Below, in pieces: positions 1-13,954 of a stretch of 64,000 nt of DNA. A model generated the notes under the pieces. It worked only from the letters and a program-made list of their open reading frames with translations. It was not told the DNA's origin and searched no databases. The DNA is from Octopus sinensis. Taxonomy: Eukaryota. The translations under genes were made by a program, and so were the position numbers. Positions within the stretch are counted from its first letter, which is position 1; every line of letters begins with the position of its first letter. The stretch covers positions 105,276,001 to 105,340,000 of the forward strand of contig NC_042999.1 in assembly GCF_006345805.1 (NCBI RefSeq), read 5' to 3'.

Positions 1-2223
1 GTTTCATCTCATTTTCATGTTATATTCATTTGGCTTATATTCTATAGATTTTGTTTTATAAAATGTTGTTTTTCTTTTCTCTCATTCTCCGTTATTGGTT
101 TACTTTCAGCAAGATTATAAATACGCTAGTTGCAATCTGTCAATTGGAATAACGTACACTTTAGGATTTAATATGATATTGTTTCGCTTTCAATAGTCCC
201 TTTATTTGTTGCCTTTTAGTGAGCTTGCATTATTTACTTACGTTTATGTTTGCAAATGGGTATGTATGAATTCATGGGAAATATTTTGAATTAGAATGTT
301 ATTTTATGTTCCCAGCTAATACACTAAAACTGTCAATGCTTCACAAATGCAAATTTGGGTAAATATACTGATGCAATAGGAAAGGAATAGTATTTCAAAA
401 ATAGAAATCACAGACGTATTAACACGATTATTTGTATTAACGTCATTTTAAAAAAGAAACCGTGACTATATTCCAAAATTTAAATAGATTCAGCATGAAA
501 ATGGGATATACAGGGCTGGTCGAATCTGAGTTTGAGATGATAAAGTGTTAACGACAAAAATGCTTCGGTCGATAGTACCTGCCCCGCAAATTGATAGTAA
601 TTTACAGATTTTTGAATGACTTAGAATACTTTACGTGAAATTTATTCTCAGATAAGACGATTAAAAGCAATGACATTCGAATACGTTCCATATATGATTT
701 TTACATGAATAATAGACTCCCGTGTGTATCTTATCATATTAGAGAACGCAAAATAAAACAGTAATCAAGTGAAATTAATCGTACATTCATTGGTGTTAAT
801 GGTTTACTTGCCTGCTTTGTATTTCTGTGTGCTTGTAAACATGTTTGTGTGATGTATGTGATTGTGTGATAATAGTGACCGGGATGGGGTGGGATAGTGA
901 CTTCCCTTGTATGCAATAATGGGCGTGCAGTCTGTTGCGTTGCACTTATATGGTCATATGGTTTTATGCGTTTCTGAAATTTTTTTCGCAGTCACCTTCA
1001 ATTGAAATTTCTGAGTACTGTACCATAGCTCTTTTGACACGAATTTCCCTCAATGCTAATGAATTGTCTTTTCATTAAAAGTGTAATATCAATTGGTGGT
1101 ATTCATTTATCGATTGACCGCTCTACGTTGGCGCACACCTGTTTTATTTTCTTTATGCGGAAGACGTTTTTGAGAAACTTCATAAAGAACCAAAGGATAG
1201 TCATCTTCTCACTTTATTTGGAATAATTTTAAACAAAAATCACACGTGTAGTTCATGGACAGGACAATGTGTCGGACAGGTCGGTAACAACCTCTTTTTT
1301 TTTAAGCTAATGTAATCACATTAGAAAATAAATAAATCATTCATTTTCTGTTGTACTTAATCCGAAAAATGCGGTCAACTGGCAGAACAAGTTGAACGGC
1401 CCACAAACGTATGTTTCGAACGAATTCTTACTAATTTTTGCGTTGTGCAGAGCTCAGCTTCACGTCTGTCCTTCAGAAATCGATGGATAAAATACTAGTT
1501 GTATACCGTTCTCAATTCTTCTCCCTACTTTAATTAACGTTGCAATTATTTCTCTCCTTCAGTCTCAGGATCTGCAATGCTGTGCAGTGAGGGATTTGGG
1601 AGAAGTGGCTTTCAATGAACTTTCCTTTAAAGAAACACAAGTCGGTTGAATCAATGGTTAAACAGGTGTCGTATCTAACATGATAAAAGGAGCATTTCGA
1701 GGAAACCATTTAACAGTGTGCATAGAAGATATTAAGTGGGCCAGACAGAGGTTTTACAGCAATAAAATTGGTTGGGTATTTTAAGAGTTTAGCAAAGGAA
1801 TAATATTCAAGAGTCAAGCAGTGTGTAATAATGCTCGATAGATAATTCAACAAAGTCTCCTTTCATCTATTACAGTTACAGGGATGACGGCGAGGATAAT
1901 GTTGCTGGTGCTGCTTTGGTGTGTATATAGATGTTATGAAGTGATGGACGGAGCTTTAGAATTTCCCGTACACACACAACACACACAACACACGCACACA
2001 CACACACACACACACACACCACACACACACACCACACACACACAAACACACACAAACACACACATACCAAGTATGTCTACTTGCTTGAAATAACAGTCAA
2101 TATTTAATGCTACTTTTGGCCTGCTATCGCCTGTGTCATTAATTCTGTTATAATTTTTTAAATAGTTACATTGGAGAATAACAGAATTGATGACACCTTC
2201 GCAAATTAATTTTTGCTATATAT

Positions 2224-2265
<42 letters not shown>

Positions 2266-2270
2266 ATATA

Positions 2271-2435
2271 CACGGTGGGCTTCATTCAGTTTCCGTCTAC
2301 TAGATCTACACACAAGGCTTTGGTCGGCCCCAGGGTACAGTAGAAGACACGTACCCAAGGTGCCACGCAGTGGGACTGAACCCGGAACCATGTAGGCTTG
2401 GGAAGCAAGCTTCCTACCACACAGGCACGCCTGCG
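2271..2435 (-). mobile_element. tRNA-derived SINE (family 1), 5' head fragment
   Basis: Reverse complement matches the 5' part of the full copy at 60113-60550 (GGTTCCGGGTTCAGTCCCACTGCGTGGCACC, GACGGAAACTGAA); flanked by (TA)n and (CATA)n. Confidence 0.85.
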
Positions 2436-2480
2436 ACCAACATATACATACATACATACATGCATGCATACATACATACA

Positions 2481-2516
<36 letters not shown>

Positions 2517-2534
2517 TATATATACATATATACA

Positions 2535-2624
<90 letters not shown>

Positions 2625-2639
2625 ATATGCTTGTAGTTT

Positions 2640-3750
2640 ACTCCTCATGCGCAATTTGACCACTTCCTGTACGTACACCTTAGCACCATCATGGCATCTG
2701 ATGTGGCTCCTAAAGCCAGACAATGCTCTGAAATGACACCCACACAGATTGCACATCCGATTTGAACCACCAAGAGCTGTAAATAAGTTCTGATCATTGT
2801 GTATCTTAAAATGTCTTTTGGGGCCTCAGTTGAATTTGCAGACTTTCTGGCATACACTGTATTTAAAGGTGTGCTTAGGCATATAGGCAGAAAAGCTGGT
2901 AGAGGTTCATTTTCCATTGGTTTGTAGTTGAATTTTGAGTCCAGCAGAAGACAGGCATGGTCTGTCACAGACTTGTGCACACAAAAAGGTCATTGTCATA
3001 CACCTCGATCGTTAGATTTTTCCTAAGATATCTTTCGAGTCTTACATGCGTTATCCTGGCCTCTTCAAATACTTCATCGTAGTCCTTATGCCGTCTTTAA
3101 ACCTATTTTCAATTTACGCCGATAGCGTTTCCCGTCTACATACTCACCTTAAATCAACTGCACCCCCATCAGTTAATTGTGGTACCTGCCCCTTCCTACT
3201 TGAATGTTCTGAATTTACTTTCAAACAAGGAACAAATTTAAAATCAAGACCAACTTGTCTTGTTCCTCTGAGAACCTCATTTACGTTCTTACATGCGTCG
3301 GTTGCCAGCACCATTATATCGGACAAACGGGCCTATCTTTACGCAGAAGGGTAGCAGTCCATAAAAACAGATAAATCTCACACAATACCGTCAAATTCCA
3401 CTCAGTAGCCACATAGACTCTTGCGCTAGACATAAAAATCCCAAATTTCATATATTCCCTTTCTATCAATGTAAAGACAAAATCTGTACACAAGAAAGAA
3501 TCAACAAGGATAATCTTTTTATTGAAAAATTCCAAACGCTTCTTAATATGCAAACTCCAAGGTGACTGTATTCCTTTTTCTAACATCCTGTCTGACAAAA
3601 GATAGATATAAGCATCCGTTTGACAAAAAATCCAGCATTTCAATTAAGGAGTATAAAATCCACAGAATTGCCTCCCCTTATTCACAGGAACTGGATAACT
3701 CCTATTCCATTTCCTGTTTTGACAATACACATCCAACATTTCCAAACAAA
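2640..3750 (-). mobile_element. Degenerate RTE-clade LINE, 3' part of ORF with C-terminal C2H2 finger
   Basis: Manual minus-strand translation gives CNLCGCHFRALSGFRSHIRCH (about 2686-2748), GEYVDGKR and RFKDGIRTTMK, and NEVLRGT, all typical of RTE ORF C-termini; many stops and frameshifts. Confidence 0.7.
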
Positions 3751-4115
3751 ACAATACACTAAAACACATGAATCTTAATCCCCCAAAGAAGTTTCTCTAT
3801 GGACTAATATTGAACTCTAAAAGCATAAAGACACTACAATGTATTGGTATACTTATTTATTAATTTTTGTATTTATTTATTACTATTTAGATAAAAACAT
3901 TATAAATGCCTTTGTTCACCTTCCTCAATTTAAAAAAAGTTCCCCTTCTAATTCTTGAAAATCTGCCTCGCCATGAAAGCTAGTTTGATTTTTAAAAAAA
4001 TTTTCATACACCTATTTTTATTAAAATTTACTTTCAATTTAGCATTCTGCCTTATTATTTTTTCCTCTCCTATCATTTCTCCCCGTGAGGTTAACACAAC
4101 CCCACCTTTTACTGA

Positions 4116-4170
<55 letters not shown>

Positions 4171-5389
4171 AATATGTTAGATCTGATGCTTATCAGTTTT
4201 GATATTAGTCAATATTGTTTTGACTTGATGTTACGGTATTAATTTTAAAATATTGTCTTCATTGGAATGTCAATACGAACTAGACATGCAGCTATATGGA
4301 ACCATTGACACACCTAAGTAGATGCTGATCTTAGGCCTCATAGTGTAGAGTTGATGCAAAAGAAGATATTTAATATTGCTATATCGGACCAAATCCCAAC
4401 ATGCGTGAAACAAAATAACATTTAAGATATATCAATTATCAATAAAATTGAAAATACTCCTAAAATTTACTATGGATATATAATCTACCGAAAGGAATCT
4501 ATTGTTTTTAAACTTTTTATTCTGCACAGAGTCTCTTTATATTTTCTGTTTTCTTAAATATTTCATATGTGTTTACTAGTATTATTTCAGAGACTGAAAT
4601 GTTTTTCTCTATGAAATCACGCAATATTTAGATATAAAGTTTTAGATTATACTCATCAATGCATATCTCAATATGTTAGCAAATCTTGTAATCTATGGTT
4701 AGAAGCAATAATGTAAACACAATAATACGGAAATTAAATTTCTTGTACTATAACACAGCGTAACGCAGGAGACTATAAGTTCATTATCTTATGTAAACCA
4801 GTAATTGTTTCCCTGTTTTATATGCAAGGAACATTCAATATGATCTAGCAATATGATTGACAATATGAGGGCATTTCTGATGTATAACCAGTGACAGAAC
4901 GAGCTTTATTTTTAGAAGTAATGAATGGTTATTTATGACTTATTTTTAACTTAGTATTATAAGATGCTGATCTGATTATTATTCATAGTGTAAAATTTCT
5001 ATGATGTGAATACTGGTGTTAGAGGCAATAGGTAAATGGTATCATAGGTCATATGATCAAAAAATAAAGTATCTGTGTGATAAAATGTTACGTTATTTGC
5101 ATATGAAGTATTTTTGTTGTTGAGTGGCTCTGTATGTGTTTATTCAAGGCCATACCTGTAATTACATTAACCAACCAAGTAATTATTATGTCATTACATT
5201 AGCAATGCATATCTACTAAAATGCTTTTTATGAAAATCAACTCAATTTAAGGCTTTCAAATACACTTGGCTGATATAAAGACTATGATAATATTTGCCAC
5301 ACATGCATGAAGGAGTGATTGATGAAAGAGGAACATTCTGAGGTACGATAACAAGCTGTATCAATAAAATAGCTTTGATAATAAACTAG

Positions 5390-5890
5390 CATTATCCAAG
5401 ACAGTGCCCTGTGCAACATCAATCACTAATTGTGCTTCCTTTAATGTGGCTCCATTGGCCAACACTGTCTGTCTTCTCTCTTTCGTAAAGGCATGTATCC
5501 ATTCTCCAACATTTTCATCTAAGCCAAAATCGCGAAGTTTGTGGCATATGATACCATGATCAACTTCATCAAAAGCTTTTGCAAAGTCATGGTATATTAA
5601 GTCCACATTTGAATTGCCGAGTAACTGCTTCAACAACCAAGTGCTGTACAAGCTGTATCAAACAGCTCCTACCTGGTCGAAAACCATGCGAAGTATCATT
5701 CAGCAACTAGCTTTCTTCAGGGAATGCGATTAGTTTCCCTCTGGCTATTCGTTCCATGAGTTTACTAATGTGTGAAATCAGAGAGGTAGGCCTATAATTT
5801 TTGGCATCTGCTCTACTTCCTCCTTTATGGATTGTGCATATTAATCCTTCCTTGAGTTCGCTTGGTATGTTGCCATTTGCAAGTGAATCT
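5390..5890 (-). mobile_element. Old CR1-like LINE reverse-transcriptase fragment, related to the LINE at 18429-24055
   Basis: ORF 5361-5651 has DFAKAFDEVDHGIICHKLR and AQGTVL; the DNA aligns by eye to about 19500-19990 with many substitutions. Confidence 0.9.
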
Positions 5891-6414
5891 GTAGTCGTTT
5901 TCCAAAGGAAAGTTTACATGATTTGAGGAGGATTGCTGGGAAACCAAATCAAACCAAATTAAAAATAAATAGCCTCCCTAAGGGACATAATTTGTATAGG
6001 ATTATTATATTTCTTCATTTTATTTCAAAGTAAGGAGGGCACTCTTCTGTAGGTATGTCTTATGTGTAATTATAACGAGTGTGTGTGTATGTTAGGTGTA
6101 TAACTGTAATAAGCTCTATTATTTGATATTGCTATAAGTATTATTTTGCATTCGTTTTATATTTATATCTGTAGAAGATCAGTTTTCTTTCGTTGCCTAT
6201 CTTCACAATAGAAACCGTAGAAGATTACTGTTGTCGTATTCCCTGTAAACCTTCAAAATATAAATCGCAACTTAGATTTTACTCCAAAATGTTTCCTTTG
6301 TTTGACGCATCCCACATCAGAATTTATCAGGACAGATGTCATTTTCCTATCGCACTTCAGCGCATGTACAACTTTTTATTTGAGAATACCTATTTTTATT
6401 TTATATTACTCTAA

Positions 6415-8440
6415 GAAAAAGAAGAGCTGAGGTTGATGGTCTTCTAAGTATAAAAGTTTTTAACTCGACAATCGGAAGAGGTTATTCTGTGCATCCGAGT
6501 CACTATGAATGTTTCTCTTTTGAGGCTGCTTCTTCATGAAATAAGAGGACCGACGTCTTTCTCCTTTCTAAGAACGATTGATGGTCAAACTGTTCGTACT
6601 TATAGAGAAGCTTGTTTAGCCTTAAATGTTTTAGAAGATGACTATCAGTGGGATAGAACAATGGCTGAGGTTTCAGTGTCACGCATACCTGCTTCTTTGA
6701 GAGATCTTTTCTGCAATTCTTCTCCTGAATTGTGAAATAAGTAATCCATTCGCGTTGTGACGCAAATATAAGAATGATTTAGCAGAAGACTACTAATATC
6801 AAGCGCAATTAAGATTCCCTGGAAGGGAAATAGCATTCAACGATGACATATAATTCTGCATTGTTTTGATATTTAAGATAGTGTTGTGTCAATGGATGTG
6901 GGTGATATCAACATGTTTGGCTTACCTGAAACTCATCGAAGTGAGGCGAATAGTTTAATCACACAAGTTTTGCTAGAGAAAGTCGTATGATATTGATTCA
7001 TTAAGAAGATTCCCTGAAGAAAATGTCGCGAAGATTTTTTCCAGGCCGAAACATTGCATATGCTAGAATCATTGACCACGTGACACTAAGAAGAGGATTA
7101 TAATTTTTAGACGCTCCAGGAGGAACTGGAAAAACTTTTGTTGCAAATTTAGTGCTAGAAAAGTCCAGCAGAAAAGGAAATAGCCTTAGGTGTTGCGAGC
7201 TCTGGAATTGCTGTATCTTTACTCCCAGGAGGTCAAACAGTTCACGCAGTATTTGGGCTGCCATTCAATCTAAGTTCAAATGATGGACCTGTCTGCAATA
7301 TTAGTAAAAGTTCTCCTTTAGCTCAAGTTCTTATGAAATGTTCTTTGATCATATGGGACGAGGCTGCAATGTTCCATAAAAATTCAGTAGAAATTGTTAT
7401 CAGAATGCTGTAGGAATTTGGCAATTCCAATTGTTTCATGCGAGGTGTGAGACAGTAGTACTTTCAGGTTATTTCAGACAAACTTTGCCAGTGATTCTTA
7501 GTGGAACAAAAGCGGATGAATTGAAAGCATGCTTGAAATCTTCTATTTCATGGGAACATATCAAATGAAAGCACATTTGCATGGAGATCATCTGTCGGAA
7601 GAATTTTCCCATACTATTTTGCAACTTGGAGAATTGAGGCTAGATATCAATCATGAAAGTGACTTGAAACCATCAAAACTCAGCGCATTGGTCGTCGTGG
7701 TCGGGGAAATTATTGAAAATGTTTAATCAAGTATAGTTTCAAATTACACAAATGCTGCAGGTCGTGCGAAAGAGCAATCATGGCACGAAAGAAAGTTACT
7801 GTGAAAAATTTAAATGAAGGGCGATAGACTTTTACCAGGAAACGAACATACAAATCTATAGACTCTGTTTTGGATGAATCGGAAATAGTTATCCGGTTGA
7901 GTTCTTAAGCCGACACTGCAGCCTCTAGGAGCCCCTCCGCATTGCCTTTTATTGAAAATAAGCAAATTTATGAGAAAAATTATACAGGCCACAATAATAT
8001 TTGGCTGTGCAAAAGGTGAAGATATTTTTGTTCCTCGCTTACGTTTAAAACCCTCCAATATACTCTTCGAGTTCAAATGACTTCAATATCCAATACGTTT
8101 GTCTTTTGCGATGTACAATAATAAGTCCAAATTCAAACTTTGAAAGTTGCTGATTTGCAATTATAAGTGGACTGATTCTCACACGGTCAGTTATATGGTG
8201 GGGTAACGTGTGGGTAGCAAGAACAATATTTTCATTTTTGCCCCTGCTGGTAAAATAGTCATGGATCAGCAGTTTATTTGCACTCATTATAATAGATTTC
8301 CCAGAAATAACACCGAAATCTTTCTCATAGAAAACCTTAATATCAGAGCAAAGAAAAGACACATTAGATAATTTTGTCCTAGATAAACTATACCAGTAAT
8401 ATAGGCGACTCTGACAACTCAGAGGACAGGCCTAACCTAG
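6415..8440 (+). mobile_element. Degenerate Helitron (PIF1-type helicase region), with possible 3' terminus
   Basis: RLLLHEIRGPTSF and REACLALNVLEDD (6505-6735); Walker A DAPGGTGKT (GGTGKT at 7119-7136); WDEAAM (about 7354-7371); QYPIRLSFAM and FSHGQLY (about 8080-8200); many stops. A hairpin plus CTAG lies at 8409-8440. Confidence 0.9.
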
Positions 8441-10310
8441 GTATGAATTATGAAAGTAACCTTACACAGTTTGTCTTTATTTTCAGTCTTCTCATTTGTC
8501 AATCTCTCTTGTATCACAAGACTTCCGATCCTGCTTACTCGATAGTTTTATGTTCTCCTTTACCATTTGGCCTCCCTTTTTTATTCTCCTTCCGTTTTAT
8601 GATTTATTTTTTACGATACTTCTCTTTATTATTCTCCACCCATTCTCTCTTTTACTGTTTCTTTATTAATTTCTTTCGTCTTCTCTAACTTACGTTAGTA
8701 ATTACATCGGAAATAATTTTGGTTTTCTTTCTCTCATATGAGATTTAATATATTTCGTTCACAGAACAATTTTGTCGTACTCAGACTCCCTGCCTTTCTT
8801 TAGCAGTAACATGAATCTATTTGTCTGACTTATATCTCCCCACTGAATGTATTTTTTACTGGTTCTTTTCGATTTCTGTCTTTCATTATTTATTTGCTTG
8901 TTTGTCGTCTCGTCTTCCTCTCCTAATAATGTCATTCTATCTATATGTTTATAGAAACTATTCTTTTACTACTTTTTCCCCTTCCACATATATCTCCTTC
9001 TTTATTGCAGACATATTAGTATTTAAAGTGGAGAAAGAAACAGTGAAGAGACAGAGGAGAATCACAAGAGATAGAGAGATACAGAGTGACACATAAACAA
9101 ACAAAGTAACAGAGGAAGAAAGATGGAGGAATGCATGTATGATCTACAGACATCTCAACTAAAGGTTAGACATGATATATTGGTGTTATTTCAATCTTCA
9201 AAAGTCACTGCTAAGTCATCATGCAACTTGACAGTTTTCATAAAAGCAATGAAGAAAAAGACGAAATGAGGGAAAGAGAAATAAAAAACAGAAGATATAA
9301 ATCAATTTTCAAATTATACTCTGTAATTTCTTGTCTACCGACACCAGCACACAGTCAGTACGTACGCCACTGTTATTCTTCAATCCAAGAAAAATATTAA
9401 TTCAAGAAAAAATGAATTATAACATTTTGAGATTGGTAGGCGGCAGAATTGCTAGGTCTCTAAAGAAAATGTCTTGAGAAGCATTGGCCTTCTACAGTCA
9501 ATGTCTAATTAAGTTTGTGTGCACGCATATGCACGGGGTCAAGTTGTCTACACAATCACATAGCAGTCCGTCCAATTCCACTGGTTATCATCATGTCGAA
9601 TAAAGTTTCAGTTGAATAACGGAAACAGTACGGATGTTTCGGTTACTATAGGTTTATATTTTCTATACCTAATTCGTACTACGGTTAACAGAACCACATG
9701 TCGCTGAGTACTTTCATTTGTCTACGTTCTATTACAAGTATTCGGTTGAGCTTTCCGGTGAGGTTAAGTTGATATCTTGACTCATTGCTATGTGCTTAAG
9801 TGACACATAGACCCGAGTACCCACCTGCCTCAAGCTGCTATTCAAACCTGCACAAAACTGTAATAATGTCATACACCCTCCTTCTAAGGAACCATACAAC
9901 AAATTGCTACACATTTAATGAAAGTTTAAACAAAACTGTAACATAAAATGCAGCTATTAAAAAGGGAATAGACGATTGACGAAATGAATCTAGAACTACA
10001 TATAGGACTGCAATGTGGTTGAAATATAATGAATATAGTTTTTGATACTACTTTTCAGATTTTGATTACCAAAAATGAATAAGTTTATATATTTTTCAAT
10101 AGGTAATGGTCGGAATATCATCACAGCCTAATATTATCATAGCCGTTCTTCTTCTCGCTCTACGTCTCATCATCATCGCCATCTTTATAGTGTTTTGTGG
10201 TTGATTACACGTAGTGATTATAAATTGAAACTGTATCACAAGTTTGTTGGGTATTGAAAGACATCCACCTAGTAATCATTTGCTACAACAACATGCAAAT
10301 ACCAAAATCT

Positions 10311-11116
10311 GCGAGCTGTCAGAAACGTTAGCACGCCGGGAAAAATGCGTAGCCGTATTTCGTTTGCCGTTACGTTCTGAGTTCAAATTCTGCCGAGGTC
10401 GATTTTGTTTTTCATCCTTTCGGAGTCGATAATTTGAGTACCAGTTACACACCGGGGTCGATATAATCGACTTAATCCGTTTGTCTGTTCTTAATCCGTA
10501 TGTCCGCCCTATGTTTAGCCCCTTGTGGGCAATAAACAAATAAGAAACGTTAGGAAACCGGGCGAAATGCTTCACGGTATTTCGTCTGTCTTTACCTTCT
10601 GAGTTCAAATTCCGCCGAGGTTGACTTCATCTTTCACCATTTCGGGGTCAATAAATTAAGTACCAGTTCGTACTGGGGTCGATCTAATCGGCTGCTCCCC
10701 CCACTCCCCAAGATTCTGGCCTTGTGCCTAGAGTAGAAAAGAAACGTTAGCACGCCGGGCGAAATGCTTAGCAGTATTTCGTCTGCCGCTACGTTCTGAG
10801 TTCAAATTCCACCGAGGTCGGCTTCGCCTTTCATCCTTTCGGGGTCGATTAAATAAGTACCAGTTACGCACTGGGGTCGATATAATCGACTTAATCCGTT
10901 TGTCTGTCCTTGTTTGTCCTCTCTGCGTTTAGCCCCTTGTGGGTAGTAAAGAAAAAGGTATTTCGTCTGCCCTTACGTTTTGAGTTCAAATTCCGCCGAG
11001 ATCGAATTTGTCTTTCACCAATTCGGTGTCGATAAATTAAGTACCAGTTCCATAGTGGGGTGGATCTAAATGACTGCCCCCCCCCAATTTTGGGCCTTAT
11101 GTCTATAGTAAAAAGG
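10311..11116 (+). mobile_element. Head-to-tail cluster of four tRNA-derived SINE units (family 2: A, B, A, headless B)
   Basis: Repeated GAAACGTTAGCACGCCGGGCGAAATGC, B-box-like GAGTTCAAATTCC and GGGGTCGAT..AAGTACCAGTT. Units start near 10311, 10543, 10741 and 10958 with two alternating 3' tails. Confidence 0.85.
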
Positions 11117-11262
11117 AAAATAGAAATACCAGCATTAGTGAGATATTTAGTTAACAGGAGCGAATGATTAAATTTTCATAACGTGTTTTAACTCAATTAT
11201 AAGAGGTTTACGAAAAATGCCATCTTTAAAGCTATAGGCACGGACTGAGGAAGTTATAAGAA

Positions 11263-11311
<49 letters not shown>

Positions 11312-11429
11312 TGTATGTGTGGGTGTAATATGTGATACATATCTTATTACTTATGATCCAGAAACAAAATACAATCGCATCTATGGCTCCAGAGAGGCAT
11401 ACGTATACAAATACGTGTTTGAAGCGCTG

Positions 11430-12266
11430 AATGTTTTCACTGGGTTGTCAGATAAACTGTTCTACTAACAGCTGGGTTACTCGCATGATACTGTCGTCTG
11501 TTACCTTCACTCAATGGGTAAAGTCAAAAAATCGGTGCATGGGTTTCACGCGCTCTGCATGAAAGAGACAGTGCAGCGCTCTTCTATCGTGGACACTTTC
11601 CTCGTTACTGTTTACAGACTTGTCACAAATATATCTTAAGGAAACGTTGCCAGTGAGGAATAAATGTGCCATTATTTCAATCTGAATGGAAGAAAAGTAT
11701 AACTGAATCCCGAAAAGTGAGCAAAACTGCTATCCTAACTAGATTTTCATCCACTCGAGACAATGATCTGCTTTTAGTGAGGTTGGAAACGGCAATCCAT
11801 TAAAAAATGCTTGAAAACAACGACTCGCTGAATGCAGATCTTTCAGTTCAGCAAATGCACAAACTCAGTGAGGTGACCCGACAGATACGACTCGACTGGT
11901 GACAGATGTGCTCCTTTAACGTGACAACAATCACTTCCATTTTACTAACTTGACCAAAATGCTATTCAGGGTTTCTGATGGGAATATATGCTGTCGCACA
12001 CTCACTAATGTAGAGACTTCAGATTATCACGTTTTCCCTTCGATCTCCAAGTCTGCGAAGCATTTCGTTCAACAATACCCCAGAGCTGAAAAAAGGATTC
12101 GATGAAATATTCGAGTCAAAATTCGAATTGTTCTACATAAAACTAAAGCTAATGAAACTTTGTAAAGAAGAGAACAATGAAGAAAAATAATATAATTGAC
12201 TGATTTGTTAAAATTGTTGATAAAACATAAATGGAAAAGAACGGATTTTTTTAACAATCCCACATA
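11430..12266 (+). mobile_element. Degenerate mariner transposase remnant with 3' TIR
   Basis: Manual translation gives WVSRALHERD (WVPHEL-like), HPLETMIC, KMLENNDSLNADLSVQQMHKL and SFNNTPELKKGFDEIFESK; it ends in the mariner-like TIR TTTTTTAACAATCCCACATA. Confidence 0.7.
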
Positions 12267-13910
12267 TCTTCTGCCAAATTTTGGAGATTATCTATTTCAT
12301 TCCCTTGTATCATGCTTCCAGTGTGTTGGTGTATCAGTGCTCCCATGACTACTCTTCTCACATTTCATATCAAACTGTTCTTGATTCTAGTCCAAGCTGA
12401 GCTGTTTTAACTTTTCGTCATGTTCAGATGTTGAACAGTGACTGAAACATTAGTCACTGCATGGAAAATAAACTTTATGTAAAATGAATTTATTAACTAA
12501 TGAGAATTTGTTTCAAATTAGAATAAAAATAAACTGGTTTGCAGAAATATAGTCCGTTTACTATGTGTAACTATCCTTATCTAAGGCTATACGAAATATC
12601 GCAGGGTTACGAACTCGGTACCAAGAAGTCCATATGTCCAGAATATTACCCAGTCAGCCGCTGCATGTCTACATAACATTTCTGTGTAAGTAAGCAGGAA
12701 GAAAATATAGTTCTGCTGTTTGGAAAGTTGTAATTCAATCTATTCAGAATAAATCGATTCATAGCTAAACTAGTGAGGTATAAATCATGTTAAACCAAGC
12801 TTAGTTATCGATATCGTAAGAAAAATAATCTAATGTACAGTAAAATATAATCCATCAGAAACATTTACAACCTAACCTTTCACACTTTATTCTGTTGTCC
12901 AATGAAGATATATTTCTGCCATACACCACTGTGATCAGTCATGCTCAGTTGGTTTACCTAACTAATGGATCAGGTCAGCTTAATTTACCAATATAAATGT
13001 ACTTCAGTGCAGATCAGTGTGCTGCAATATATTATATATTTATATAAAATATTATGAACAAACACACTGAAGTGAAGCTCCGTAGTGTCTGAATAGGAAA
13101 TTACAGAGTTAACATAGGGTCTAATTTTATCAATCTGTCCGCGATGTTTAATATGAATTTGTTATTCATAGCAGGAATCTGCTAAAAGTGTGTGTATTAA
13201 TGATATTATTGCAGTCATGTTTAAGTGTTTCTTGCCTGCTTGTTAAGTAATATGGCACACTCTATACTTCTCTAATAGATTTAATCTTATCTGTGCAAGG
13301 AAATTCTAAAATAAATTTTTAAAAAAGAACAACAAAAGAAAGAAATCATGTAAGTTACACTCAAAACAGGAAGTAACAGATAACAATGTATTGTTCAAAA
13401 TTCTGACATGTTTCAAGTTTGATGTATTAATGGAAGTCATGTGTGAAATACCAATTTATTGGTAATTACATTATTGATTTATTTTGGCTACTGTAGGAGA
13501 CAGACATGGAAGCTATGTGGTTAAGTTATTACAGAAACACTTTGTAATCTTTTAATGCTCGCGCTAACTTTACAGGGTACAGAAAACAAAGCGCATATCT
13601 TTACTAGGTAATACGACTATGCAAATTGTGATTATTTTAATTCAAACGGACAATAGCATTTATAATATATGATGAAAACTAATAGCTGCTAAGTAAGGAA
13701 TGCAATCAAATGAATCGCTCTTAGTTCGTGACTCTTGCTTATTGTATTAATCAGAATAGAAGTATACAGAAGATCATTGAATTCTGAAAAGAAAAGTTAT
13801 TTCAATATTTTCTAACTCATTGTATCTACAAAAAAATTGACGTCTTATGACCTAAACGCAAGGTTAATTTACATAGGTGAAGAGCAAATTCACACGTACT
13901 CGCACACACA

Positions 13911-13954
<44 letters not shown>

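Noticed and set aside
1884-1970. Signal-peptide-like ORF start (MTARIMLLVLLWCVYRCYE) after an AG acceptor-like site
   Set aside because: There is no convincing donor, the ORF runs into a (CA)n repeat, and no recognisable downstream exons or domain were found. A host gene cannot be supported without RNA-seq.
7010-7060. CTGAAGA ... GAAAC inside the Helitron
   Set aside because: The flanking helices do not pair, and the site lies in degenerate coding sequence.
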